DNA of 64,000 bases from the NCBI GenBank assembly GCA_964566135.1, contig CAZMHM010000004.1:12596-76595 (forward strand), given 5' to 3'. The notes below the pieces were generated by a model. It was given only the letters and a program-made list of their open reading frames with translations. It made no database searches and was not told where the DNA came from. This stretch comes from an uncultured Candidatus Saccharibacteria bacterium (GTDB lineage: Bacteria; Patescibacteriota; Saccharimonadia; Saccharimonadales; CAIOMD01). A program made the position numbers and the translations under genes. Positions 18,991 to 27,691 of this stretch are shown here, in pieces. Numbering within the stretch: position 1 is the first letter of the stretch; the number at the start of each line of letters is the position of its first letter.

Positions 18991-19605
18991 CTACTGTTTA
19001 TCGTTTTGATTGTTCGTACTAACGTATGGTCTGTTGCGATACGAACCTGCTTGCCCAGTGTTTGCCAAAAAGTCGTCTTTAGCATCAAGAATAATCTTGG
19101 CAATGCGATGCGGATTTGGACAATAGCTAAAATTAAAGTTGGCTTGTTCGCCTGCTGTTTCGATATTTAAGACCCCATAGTTGAACATATTTGAAAATAT
19201 ACCCCGTTGTTCGCTGGTTACATCTTCGACATTTGCAAGCGAAAGTTGTGATACTTTACGGATTAGCATGCCCTTTTGCATAACCTGCACAATGTTTCTA
19301 TCAGTAACGGTAAGCTTACTTTGGCGATACACGATTGTAGCCATCACGAGCATAATGCCAACAACGATTGAGGCAATAATTGCGACAAGCGCAACAACGC
19401 TATACCCAAAACCACTATCGCCAGTAATGCCCGGAAGCAAGATACTGACGCTGAGCAGTCCTACCGTAAGACAGATGAGCGTAGCTGCATAAATAAAGAT
19501 AATGCCAAAAGGATGTTGATAAACCACGCACATGACGTGTTCATCTGGGCCAACAGTTTCGATGGTCTTATAATAGTTAGAAACCTGGAAACTCTTCCTC
19601 GCCAT
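18991..19605 (-). CDS. Membrane protein with bacterial PH (bPH_2/YdbT-like) domain
   Basis: Two TM helices followed by RQSKLTVTDRNIVQV...GVLNIETAG, the pattern typical of bPH_2. Confidence 0.65.
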   Translation of the reverse strand: MARKSFQVSNYYKTIETVGPDEHVMCVVYQHPFGIIFIYAATLICLTVGLLSVSILLPGITGDSGFGYSVVALVAIIASIVVGIMLVMATIVYRQSKLTVTDRNIVQVMQKGMLIRKVSQLSLANVEDVTSEQRGIFSNMFNYGVLNIETAGEQANFNFSYCPNPHRIAKIILDAKDDFLANTGQAGSYRNRPYVSTNNQNDKQ

Positions 19606-19614
19606 ATACCCGTA

Positions 19615-20655
19615 TTATAGCAGGCTTGGTTGGTCGGTGCTCGAAGCTATTTTTTTACCTAGATGCGCGTGGGCTTTAGGGGTGGCTTTACGACCCCGTG
19701 GAGTCCGCTCAAGCATACCAATTTGCAGCAAATAAGGTTCGTAAAAATCCTCTATGGTTGTAGTTTCATCACCCGTTAGCGCGGCAAGCGTATTTAATCC
19801 TACGGGATTGTTGCCGTACCGTTCGATCATTTTTTCAAGCAAGAATCTATCGGCAGGATCAAGACCCGCATCATCAATCTCTAATAATTCAAGTGCACTG
19901 TGCGTTATTTTTGTATCAATAATACCGTCGCCATTAACGTCTGCGTAGTCACGGACTCGTTTTAGTAGGCGATTGGCAATACGTGGCGTTAAGCGTGCGC
20001 GGGTTGATAGTATCGTGGCTGAATCAGTATCAATGCTGGTTTCTAGAATATTTGCCGCACGTAAGATAATTTGGGCGATTTCATCTGGAGTGTAAAATTC
20101 AAGTCGATGCACCATGCCAAATCTATCGCGAAGTGGTGCCGCTAATGCACCTGTGCGAGTAGTGGCACCGATGAGCGTAAATTTAGGAATATCAAGACGA
20201 AGGCTGCGGGCACTCGGGCCTTTGCCAAGCATAATATCAATCTTATAATCTTCCATTGCGCTGTATAAAACTTCTTCTACGCTGCGATGCAAACGGTGAA
20301 TCTCGTCAATAAACAGGATGTCGCCGTCTTGTAGGTTCGTGAGCAAACTAGCAAGGTCGCCTGCGCGTTCGATTGCTGGCCCACTCGTAACGCGTATTTG
20401 CGCTCCCATTTCGTTAGCGATGACACTAGCCATGGTCGTTTTACCGAGCCCCGGAGGACCATATAGCAAAATATGGTCGAGTGGCTCTGAGCGTTTTTTA
20501 GCGGCAGCAATAGAGAGCTGTAGGTTCTTTTTTAGGCGCTCTTGGCCAATGTAATTATCAAAATCTTTTGGCCGTAGTGTAATTTCGAGTTCTTGCTCTT
20601 GTGCGTCCTCTGGTTCGACAGCGGTATGTACGATGCGATCAATCATATTACGCAC
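19615..20655 (-). CDS. ruvB: Holliday junction helicase RuvB
   Basis: GPPGLGKTT Walker A, FIDEIHRL and TTRTGAL motifs, full-length similarity. Confidence 0.97.
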   Translation of the reverse strand: MRNMIDRIVHTAVEPEDAQEQELEITLRPKDFDNYIGQERLKKNLQLSIAAAKKRSEPLDHILLYGPPGLGKTTMASVIANEMGAQIRVTSGPAIERAGDLASLLTNLQDGDILFIDEIHRLHRSVEEVLYSAMEDYKIDIMLGKGPSARSLRLDIPKFTLIGATTRTGALAAPLRDRFGMVHRLEFYTPDEIAQIILRAANILETSIDTDSATILSTRARLTPRIANRLLKRVRDYADVNGDGIIDTKITHSALELLEIDDAGLDPADRFLLEKMIERYGNNPVGLNTLAALTGDETTTIEDFYEPYLLQIGMLERTPRGRKATPKAHAHLGKKIASSTDQPSLL

Positions 20656-21226
20656 CTCTCAATGCTAGTTTTATGCGCTCTTCTGTTGAAAGCGAGCTAT
20701 CGACTCTTTTGAGCGCCAAGGTCGCATCGAGTTCTGAATAGCCGAGCGCAATAAGCGCCTGCACCGCGTCATCTGATGCATCAACGCCACTCCGATTTAC
20801 AATGTCTTCTGCTGATTCCGTAACAAGCAAGCCGACTTTATCACGAAGCTCAACAACAATTTGCTCTGCAGCACGCTTACCGACACCTTTGGCAGATTGT
20901 AGGCGTTTAACGTCTCCGCCGGCTATAGCCATGCGTACGTCGTTCACAGAACCAATTTCGAGCAAACTCATAGCTACCTTAGGCCCCACATTTTTAACGC
21001 TTAGCAACTGTTCAAACAATTGTTTGTTATCAATAGAAGTAAAGCCAAATAATGCATGAGTATCTTCTTTGATATTCTCATAAATATAGACTTTTAGTGG
21101 CTGCCCAACAGTAAGCCTATCTTGTTCACTAGTGGTCATTATCACACCATAGCCAACGCCAGCAACATCCAGAACGACTACGTCTGATAATTTTTCTCCG
21201 ACAATTCCTGTAAGTGTTGCAATCAT
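20648..21226 (-). CDS. ruvA: Holliday junction DNA-binding protein RuvA
   Basis: MIATLTGIV..., the HhH motifs ([21 protein letters not shown]), and an 8-nt overlap with ruvB. Confidence 0.93.
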   Translation of the reverse strand: MIATLTGIVGEKLSDVVVLDVAGVGYGVIMTTSEQDRLTVGQPLKVYIYENIKEDTHALFGFTSIDNKQLFEQLLSVKNVGPKVAMSLLEIGSVNDVRMAIAGGDVKRLQSAKGVGKRAAEQIVVELRDKVGLLVTESAEDIVNRSGVDASDDAVQALIALGYSELDATLALKRVDSSLSTEERIKLALRGA

Positions 21227-21248
21227 ATATGGTTATTATACTTTACCA

Positions 21249-21719
21249 TTACCGCATGGTTTGTGAATGAGTTAGTGCAGCCGCAAGTGCATCAGCACAG
21301 TCGTCTGGCTTGGGGACTTCTTTTAGGCCTAAAAGTACCCTGACCATTTCTTGAATTTGCTTTTTTTCTGCCCTGCCATACCCCGTTAACGCCTGCTTAA
21401 TCTGCAGTGGAGTGTATTCCGCAATGACAAGCCCAGCTTGTTTACCGGCGAGCAAAACAACACCACGTGCTTGCGCCACCGTCATGGCCGTTGTGACGTT
21501 TTGGGCAAAAAAGAGTTTTTCAACCGCCATTTCATCTGGTTTGGTATCTTTTATGATGGTTGTGAGTTCTTCGAATATTGTGACCAAGCGCACTGCATCA
21601 TCTTCTTTTACTGGCGTCCGTATAACGCCCGCATCGACAATAGAAACCTTACCGCGCGTAACTTCAATAACACCAAAGCCCAGGATACCCGTACCTGGAT
21701 CAATGCCCAGGATTCTCAC
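21249..21719 (-). CDS. ruvC: Holliday junction resolvase RuvC
   Basis: MRILGIDPGT..GFGVI, with DAADALA-type motif DCADALAAAL. Confidence 0.93.
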   Translation of the reverse strand: MRILGIDPGTGILGFGVIEVTRGKVSIVDAGVIRTPVKEDDAVRLVTIFEELTTIIKDTKPDEMAVEKLFFAQNVTTAMTVAQARGVVLLAGKQAGLVIAEYTPLQIKQALTGYGRAEKKQIQEMVRVLLGLKEVPKPDDCADALAAALTHSQTMR

Positions 21720-21722
21720 AAA

Positions 21723-22448
21723 CTAAACCTCTACGCCTTCGGCAATATCAAAATTAGTATGGGTTGCGACAACGTCATCAAGCTCATCAAGCGCGTCCAT
21801 TAAGTTCATAACTTTTTGCGCGACTATTGCATCGGTAATTTCCAACGTATTGTTCGCGACATAGGTAAGTTCTGCTTCGGTTACTTCTAGCCCAGCAGCC
21901 TTAATTGCATCACGTACTTTTGTGAGCTCTTTAGGGTCGGTGTATACCTGCAATTCTCCGTCTGATTCTATCGCATCTTCGGCGCCCGCATCTAAGATAG
22001 TTAAGATTGCATCGTCACCACTTGCCTTAACACGGATAGACCCTTTGCGGCTAAACTGAAATGCAACTGCGCCGGGTTCAGCAATGTTACCGCCTTTTTT
22101 ACTAAAAGCATGTCGTACTTCTGGATAGGTTCGGTTTAGATTGTCAGTTGCGCATTCTACCAAAATACCAACGCCACCGGGGCCATAGCCTTCGTACATT
22201 ACCTCGGTAAGTTGGGCGGCAGATTTATCTGCAACGCGCGCGATTGCGCGTTCGATATTGCTCATTGGCATATTTGCTGCTTTTGCTTTTTCTATAGCAA
22301 GTGCAAGGCTTGAGTTAATTGACGGGTCAGTACCACCACGGGCTGCGATTGCAATTTGATTACCAATACGGGTAAATAAGGCGCCACGCTTTGCGTCGGC
22401 AACGCCTTTTTGCCGCTTGATAGTTGACCATTTGGAATGTCCAGACAT
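21723..22448 (-). CDS. yebC: YebC/PmpR-family transcriptional regulator
   Basis: MSGHSKWSTIKRQKGVADAKRG signature. Confidence 0.95.
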   Translation of the reverse strand: MSGHSKWSTIKRQKGVADAKRGALFTRIGNQIAIAARGGTDPSINSSLALAIEKAKAANMPMSNIERAIARVADKSAAQLTEVMYEGYGPGGVGILVECATDNLNRTYPEVRHAFSKKGGNIAEPGAVAFQFSRKGSIRVKASGDDAILTILDAGAEDAIESDGELQVYTDPKELTKVRDAIKAAGLEVTEAELTYVANNTLEITDAIVAQKVMNLMDALDELDDVVATHTNFDIAEGVEV

Positions 22449-22449
22449 A

Positions 22450-23883
22450 CTATACCTCGTTCAATTTAGCTCTACTTTGTTCTATTGTAACAGATACGGA
22501 ACGTTTTTTGAGCCCCAAAAGTACAATTGCAATAATCGCGTATAAAACCAATAAGCCAGCAATACTCACACTCGTGCGTGTTTGCGCGTTTGGCCACTTA
22601 GAAAACCATGTTGCTACGAGTATCATCACATCAAGTATGATGCGGGCTGGTAATGCAAACCAACCTGAGATCGCGGGCGCAATCATACCCGCTAGCCCGG
22701 CAAATAATGAAAATAACATAGCAAACGGAACCATAGGTACAACAATAATATTTGCCAAAAAACCTACCAGCGAAATACGGCCAAATATCAGCATAATAAA
22801 TGGCAGTGTCATAATTTGAGCAGCAAAGCTTTCTATTGCAATTGACCCAACCAATGGAACTTTTCTGATACCAAACAATCTCAGTGTTACGAGTGGTGCT
22901 ACAATCAAGACTCCAAAGAAGGCTAAGAACGATAAGTACCAGCCGATATCGCCCCAAATATAATATGGATTTGCAAATCCGGTTATTGCGGCTGCTAACA
23001 ATAGTAATACTAATGGCCGAAACCTTCTGCCAAAGTACCAGGCTACTAACCCAAGTCCTGCTACAATTGCCGCACGCACAATCGAAGGCGAAAACCCGGT
23101 GATAAGTAAAAAGAAATAGATTAGCGTTAGTGATAGTGCTAGCGTCTGAAACCGAGACAGGCGCTTAAGGCCTCTCTGTGTTGCGTTGGTAATTATAGTT
23201 AGGTTATAGCCCGAGACCGCAACGATATGAGTGAGGCCGACAGCCACGAGTATTGCCGTTAAGTCGGGTGGCAGTAGGCTTCGTTGTCCAACAAGTAATC
23301 CAATGCCAAAGCTAGCAGCAGGTTCGGGCAGTGCGGTTTCCATCCCAGCAATAAAGTTGCGCCTAAAATCCTCAAGCGGACTTTGCGCGCGTGCTATTAC
23401 ATTGATATCCGCATATGAGATACTCGCCTGTTTACTACCACGAGCCGGGTACAATTTTCCGTGCACAGTCACAATGTCGTGACGGTATACCATAGACTCG
23501 CCGTAACCGCGAATTCGCACCTTCCCGGGTAAACGATTACCATCAATAGTGGCAGCTTCGGCAGTAAATTCTAACTGAGATTTATCGGCATAAAAGCTGT
23601 CCTCGGTCGAGCGAGCTGTAAGAGTGACTGTCTTGTAAAAGTAGTCCTGATATTGTAGGTTTTGAACCTGCAGTACCCCACCCCTCCACCAGCCCAATAA
23701 CACGCCAGCTAGCAGCAGATAGAAGAGCAAAACGGCTCCGCGCTTAAACGCTAGCGGTGCGAGCGCAAGCACGAGCAACAACCACGCAATACTTAGCGGC
23801 TGGGTAAATTTTGCAATAAAAATACCGCCTAAAATGGCGGTTAAAAACACAATTATGTACGTTGTTCGGCGGAAGGGTTTCAT
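22450..23883 (-). CDS. comEC: ComEC/Rec2-family competence channel (competence domain only)
   Basis: Polytopic membrane protein with an N-terminal OB-like segment and the LTHIVAVSGYNL motif. No metallo-beta-lactamase domain. Confidence 0.85.
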   Translation of the reverse strand: MKPFRRTTYIIVFLTAILGGIFIAKFTQPLSIAWLLLVLALAPLAFKRGAVLLFYLLLAGVLLGWWRGGVLQVQNLQYQDYFYKTVTLTARSTEDSFYADKSQLEFTAEAATIDGNRLPGKVRIRGYGESMVYRHDIVTVHGKLYPARGSKQASISYADINVIARAQSPLEDFRRNFIAGMETALPEPAASFGIGLLVGQRSLLPPDLTAILVAVGLTHIVAVSGYNLTIITNATQRGLKRLSRFQTLALSLTLIYFFLLITGFSPSIVRAAIVAGLGLVAWYFGRRFRPLVLLLLAAAITGFANPYYIWGDIGWYLSFLAFFGVLIVAPLVTLRLFGIRKVPLVGSIAIESFAAQIMTLPFIMLIFGRISLVGFLANIIVVPMVPFAMLFSLFAGLAGMIAPAISGWFALPARIILDVMILVATWFSKWPNAQTRTSVSIAGLLVLYAIIAIVLLGLKKRSVSVTIEQSRAKLNEV

Positions 23884-24176
23884 TGTAGCCTTATTTCAAG
23901 CTGCATAGTATCACCAGTCTGTAATTCATCTGCTTGTCTTACCGCTTTTTTGATTGGTAGCAGATACGAACCCGACTCTTTATCCGGGAAAACAGACGTA
24001 TTCCAAGTCGACGTTTTAGTTTTGGCATTAATTTTCACCGATCCAAAGCCCCTACGAATACCCCCATCAGTTATTGCATTTATTTCTTTTGCAATGTCTT
24101 TTGGTAGGGTCACAAAATACCAAGCCGCATAACCTGGGTACTGCCATAATTCGGCCGAAAATGTGTATGTGGGCAT
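23880..24176 (-). CDS. DUF1905-like small protein
   Basis: YTFSAELWQYPGYAAWYFVTLPKD pattern. ATGA overlap with comEC. Confidence 0.65.
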   Translation of the reverse strand: MPTYTFSAELWQYPGYAAWYFVTLPKDIAKEINAITDGGIRRGFGSVKINAKTKTSTWNTSVFPDKESGSYLLPIKKAVRQADELQTGDTMQLEIRLQ

Positions 24177-24240
24177 TTGTTTTTACAATAGCGCATACGT
24201 TGTTGCTTGCATAGTGTGAGCAAACGTCCTCTAGAGGCAC

Positions 24241-24696
24241 TTAGTTTTGGGATGAGATTATCTTCTGTTGGATTTCTTTCATTCTTGATTCTTCCATAAG
24301 AGGTCCTTCCGCTGTAGTGAGATAGCCTTTATACAGCTCGGTAAATTCAGTATGGTCGGACCACACGTCTGTTTTTGCGGCGAGCTCACCATGCAATGGG
24401 ATTAATTTTGCGTGAACATACGCAACTCCCGTACCTTCAAATATTAGTGCAACCCTTGGAACGCCAAGTGCCTTTTCTAAAATACGTGCTACTTTTCTTG
24501 TTGCTTCTAACAATCCTTGGTAATCTTCATCGTTTAATGAAAAAACATAATCACCAATGTTCGCCTTAGGAATAACAACGGTAAAACCTGGCGTATTTGG
24601 AAATGGAGTTAAAAAGGCAATATGGGCGTTGTCTTCCCATATGATATAAGCTTGTATTTCGCCGCGAACAATTTTATCGAATATTGTGTCACTCAT
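24241..24696 (-). CDS. HIT-superfamily protein with degenerate histidine triad
   Basis: N-terminal DTIFDKIVRGEI is typical of HIT proteins. The triad position reads YVHAKLIP, so only the central His is kept. I prefer start MSDTIF. Confidence 0.7.
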   Translation of the reverse strand: MSDTIFDKIVRGEIQAYIIWEDNAHIAFLTPFPNTPGFTVVIPKANIGDYVFSLNDEDYQGLLEATRKVARILEKALGVPRVALIFEGTGVAYVHAKLIPLHGELAAKTDVWSDHTEFTELYKGYLTTAEGPLMEESRMKEIQQKIISSQN

Positions 24697-24770
24697 AGAA
24701 TAAGTATAGTACATACCTTACGGTAATTTTCATCTGATTATTGATTACCAAAATGTACAGCAATGACAGT

Positions 24771-24949
24771 GGGGCTTGCCTGCTCGCAAATGAAACTTAC
24801 ATTGATATGGGACTTGGCTACCTTCGGCAGCCCCGTCGCAACTTCTTTGCAAACCAGTTTGCAAGAGTTGACTCCCTTGCGAATTGCCACAGGCAATTCT
24901 CACCCACTCCACCAACGGGTGTCGTGGAATCTAGCTCGCTAGATTCTCC
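24771..24949 (-). ncRNA. Candidate structured RNA or leader: five adjacent stable hairpins; family unknown, strand tentative
   Basis: Hairpins at 24816..24832, 24839..24870, 24881..24899 (8-bp perfect stem), 24901..24921 and 24926..24948. A G.U pair replaces an A/C mismatch when the region is read on the minus strand. The track ORFs here are compositionally implausible. Confidence 0.3.
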
Positions 24950-24982
24950 AAATTCAAAACCCCTCTTACGAGGGGACTTGAA
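24950..24982 (-). terminator. Rho-independent terminator after tRNA-Lys
   Basis: Reverse strand: CCCCTC-GTAA-GAGGGG followed by TTTTGAATTT. Confidence 0.6.
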
Positions 24983-24984
24983 TT

Positions 24985-25061
24985 TGGAGGGCCCAGTGGG
25001 ACTTGAACCCACGACACCCTGCTTAAAAGGCAGGTGCTCTAACCGGCTGAGCTATGGGCCC
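24985..25061 (-). tRNA. tRNA-Lys (anticodon UUU), CCA encoded
   Basis: Reverse complement GGGCCCATAGCTCAGCCGGTTAGAGCACCTGCCTTTTAAGCAGGGTGTCGTGGGTTCAAGTCCCACTGGGCCCTCCA folds as a cloverleaf. The anticodon loop is CTTTTAA. Confidence 0.93.
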
Positions 25062-25157
25062 GGATAGATTATTACAGTAAGCTTATCAATTATTTACTGT
25101 CATCTGCACTCTATGGTTAGAGCACAGGTGCCGATTAATAATTTTGCAGTTCCTGCG

Positions 25158-25177
25158 CCGGCTGAGCTATGGGCCCG
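25158..25177 (-). repeat. 20-nt direct copy of the 5' end of tRNA-Lys (identical to 25043..25062)
   Basis: CCGGCTGAGCTATGGGCCCG occurs twice. An inverted copy of the adjacent D-arm segment (GGTTAGAGCAC) lies at 25115..25125. Confidence 0.85.
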
Positions 25178-25241
25178 TGTTAGAGACTTTTCGTAAAAAA
25201 GCTGCTTTATTTTCTCTTATTTTATCTGTTTTGTCAATCTG

Positions 25242-25745
25242 TTAATGGTTGTGTTTATTTTTGTGATGCTTGTCGTGCTTGGGTTTTTTGAGCCAAAACC
25301 ATATGATACTGGCTATCATTCCAGCCGCAATAGCTAGCCCAAAATATGGCTTCACTAGTGTATATAGGTCAGATGCCTGTAGAGAATTCTGGGCATCATA
25401 CGGCAATTTAGCGATAACAAACATAAAACATAACAACGTGGCGGCAGCTGCCGGAATAATCTGTAAAATCATATCTGCTTTCACCGTTTTGCGATACAAA
25501 AACAACAGAATGATTGGCGCAGCCACGAGCAGCACTATTTGCACAACGCTGTACATTGGAAAATCTACGGTAATAAGCGAATTAATAATCTGGGTGAGTT
25601 CTTGAGCTGCAAGCCGAGCTAGTACTTCGCCACCACATAACGCCAGCAACATGTACACGGCATTACTGCGAAACAATATTGGAGCAACTCCAAATACGAC
25701 GCCGAGAATACCGAGTAATATAGGTGCACTCATAAGCTTAAGCAT
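25242..25745 (-). CDS. Integral membrane protein (5 predicted TM helices), unknown family
   Basis: Hydrophobic throughout, with a His/Lys-rich tail KKPKHDKHHKNKHNH. Last gene of the rimK-containing operon. Confidence 0.65.
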   Translation of the reverse strand: MLKLMSAPILLGILGVVFGVAPILFRSNAVYMLLALCGGEVLARLAAQELTQIINSLITVDFPMYSVVQIVLLVAAPIILLFLYRKTVKADMILQIIPAAAATLLCFMFVIAKLPYDAQNSLQASDLYTLVKPYFGLAIAAGMIASIIWFWLKKPKHDKHHKNKHNH

Positions 25746-25750
25746 AGCAC

Positions 25751-26263
25751 TTAGTCTATGCGAATCGTATCCCCTTCTTTGACGCCCTGGGAGTCAAATG
25801 TGCCCTCTGGCACCTCTATAACATACCAACTCGGTTGGTTTGCATGATAGATTTCTGGATATTCGCCCGGTTTGGCGTTGTGCTTAATATAGACAACCTT
25901 GCCATCTTTAGTTAGCCAAGCAATATCTATAGGGAATCGCATTTGCACCATCCACATGCGCCAGTCACCGTTTTCCTCAAAGTCAAACAGCATACCCTTA
26001 TCGGCTCCGAGCGCGTCGCGTTGCGACAGACCTTTTTCACGTTTTGCGGGCGTATCGGCAATTTCGAGTGTAAACGCTTTTTTGCCGATTGTTACGTCTG
26101 TGAACCCAACGTTGTTAACATGCTGTCTAAACACAAAAAAACCAGCAACAAGTGCTATAACAATCGCAATCGATGCAACTATTAGTGCTAATGGGCCGCG
26201 CTGTTTACGCGCCGACTCGGTCTTTTTTGTTTCTTTGTTTGGCATTTCGCTCAATATATTCAA
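25751..26263 (-). CDS. DUF192-family protein with N-terminal membrane anchor
   Basis: GLSQRDALGADKGMLFDF...MWMVQMRFPIDIAW...YVIEVPEG pattern. The start is 26263 or 26245, and either overlaps the rimK 3' end out of frame by 41-59 nt. Confidence 0.7.
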   Translation of the reverse strand: MNILSEMPNKETKKTESARKQRGPLALIVASIAIVIALVAGFFVFRQHVNNVGFTDVTIGKKAFTLEIADTPAKREKGLSQRDALGADKGMLFDFEENGDWRMWMVQMRFPIDIAWLTKDGKVVYIKHNAKPGEYPEIYHANQPSWYVIEVPEGTFDSQGVKEGDTIRID

Positions 26264-27107
26264 TTATTTTTGTCGCAACATCCCGCTTGGTAATTTTTTC
26301 GATACCAAAACCTGGGCTCGAATTAACTTCTAGCACCAATGGTCCTCTGTCGCTACGCATCATATCGACGCCACAAATATGCAAGCCCATTGCACGGGCT
26401 GCTTTTAGTGCTGTCTTTTCTTCTTCGTCGGTTAATTTAACCGTCTTACCTTCACCACCTTGGTGTAAGTTTGACCTAAAGTCGTCATCGAGACTTTGGC
26501 GCTTGTAGCTCGCAACAACGCGTGAACCAACTACAAACGCCCTAATATCGGTACCGGCGGATTCTTTAACAAACTCTTGCACTAAAAAGTTTACACCTTC
26601 TACATAGAATGCTTGCATTACAGCTTGTGCAGCCTTGCGGGTTTCGGCTAGTACAACACCATTTCCATGCGTGCCACGTGCCACTTTAACAATAAGTGGC
26701 GCCCCACCGGCTTTTTCAACAACGTCGTCAAGATCAGCTGTTTCACGAGCGAACACTGTTTTTGGAATACCAACACCAGCTTTGGCTAATAATTGATAAC
26801 TGCGCAGTTTATCGCGAGAACGCACAATAGCCATTGAGCTAGCAGTTGTATAGACGCCTTGCATTTCAAACTGACGTACAACAGCAGTACCATACTTGGT
26901 ATAGCTCTGGGCAATACGTGGAATAATAGCGTCAAAGCCTACTAGCGGTTCACCCTTATAGTGCACAACCGGGGAATTCTTTTCGACTGTAATATAGCAC
27001 TTAGCGTAATTGATAATGCGTACTTCATGGCCACGCTCTTTAGCTACTTGCTTGAGCCGTTGCGTCGAGTAGTTTGCTCCACCCTTAGATAAGATAGCAA
27101 TTTTCAT
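26205..27107 (-). CDS. rimK: RimK-type alpha-L-glutamate ligase (ATP-grasp)
   Basis: Full-length pattern MKIAILS...PRI...SRDKLRSYQLLAKAGVGIP...PLIVKVARGTHGNGVVL...DIRAFVVG...GVDMMRS..GPLVLEVNSSPG. Confidence 0.9.
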   Translation of the reverse strand: MKIAILSKGGANYSTQRLKQVAKERGHEVRIINYAKCYITVEKNSPVVHYKGEPLVGFDAIIPRIAQSYTKYGTAVVRQFEMQGVYTTASSMAIVRSRDKLRSYQLLAKAGVGIPKTVFARETADLDDVVEKAGGAPLIVKVARGTHGNGVVLAETRKAAQAVMQAFYVEGVNFLVQEFVKESAGTDIRAFVVGSRVVASYKRQSLDDDFRSNLHQGGEGKTVKLTDEEEKTALKAARAMGLHICGVDMMRSDRGPLVLEVNSSPGFGIEKITKRDVATKIIEYIERNAKQRNKKDRVGA

Positions 27108-27598
27108 TATCTCCCATCCTCTTCATCGTTAGGGAAATCAATGCCATACTGCTTTTTTAAATCAATTCGATTGATGCTTGTTTCCGCAGTATCAACCAAG
27201 AAACGATTGTTAAGCATTTTACGGCCAAGTAAAATTGGATAAATTTTCTTTGACCTATCGGCAAGCGAAAACGTTGCAGAGAAGATTTTTGGGCCTAGTT
27301 TTACCCTAAGTTTGACTTCATATCTCTCTTCTCTGTGACCAAAAGAATTTGCTATCCAGACAGATTTAAAATCCTTAGTTTTAACCTCAGTAGCTAAGCT
27401 ACCACAGACAGGATGCCCACCAAGAAGTACAAACGATAGTTCTGAACCATCATCTGAAAGCACGATATTCGAAGCATGAACAGCCGACCGGTAGGCACCA
27501 GTGTCTACCTTGGCAGGGATGTCAGCAATTTGCTGCTCCATAAAATGTAGCAACTCTGCTCGGCCTACGATTACCTTGTGAAAATCTGTTCTTGCCAT
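27107..27598 (-). CDS. Retropepsin-like protease of the RimK-associated (DUF785, 'putative ATP-dependent zinc protease', RimB-type) family
   Basis: AKVDTGAYRSAVHA (D-T-G) and ILLGRKML motifs. TAATG overlap with rimK. Confidence 0.75.
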   Translation of the reverse strand: MARTDFHKVIVGRAELLHFMEQQIADIPAKVDTGAYRSAVHASNIVLSDDGSELSFVLLGGHPVCGSLATEVKTKDFKSVWIANSFGHREERYEVKLRVKLGPKIFSATFSLADRSKKIYPILLGRKMLNNRFLVDTAETSINRIDLKKQYGIDFPNDEEDGR

Positions 27599-27691
27599 TT
27601 CAAACCAATACTATCAAACTAATTATGGTTATTGTATTTGTTTTTTCTATTTAACTAGTATATTATATTACTAATTCGATTATTTGTCAAT

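Noticed and set aside
24901-24921. CTCCACCA on the + strand, resembling a tmRNA/tRNA 3' end
   Set aside because: No T-arm or acceptor partner precedes it. It is the loop of one of the hairpins.
24771-24949. Possible SRP (4.5S) RNA, because of a CCGAAGGUAGCCAAG-like stretch on the minus strand
   Set aside because: The conserved GGAA tetraloop/AGCAGC symmetric-loop signature and a single long hairpin architecture are not present. I left the region unassigned.
24741-25067. 108-aa + strand ORF and 64-aa - strand ORF
   Set aside because: They overlap tRNA-Lys, its terminator and the hairpin-rich region. There is no RBS and the composition is implausible.
25100-25177. Possible second, + strand tRNA gene upstream of tRNA-Lys
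   Set aside because: No complementary acceptor strand, anticodon stem or T arm can be formed. Only fragments of tRNA-Lys are present.
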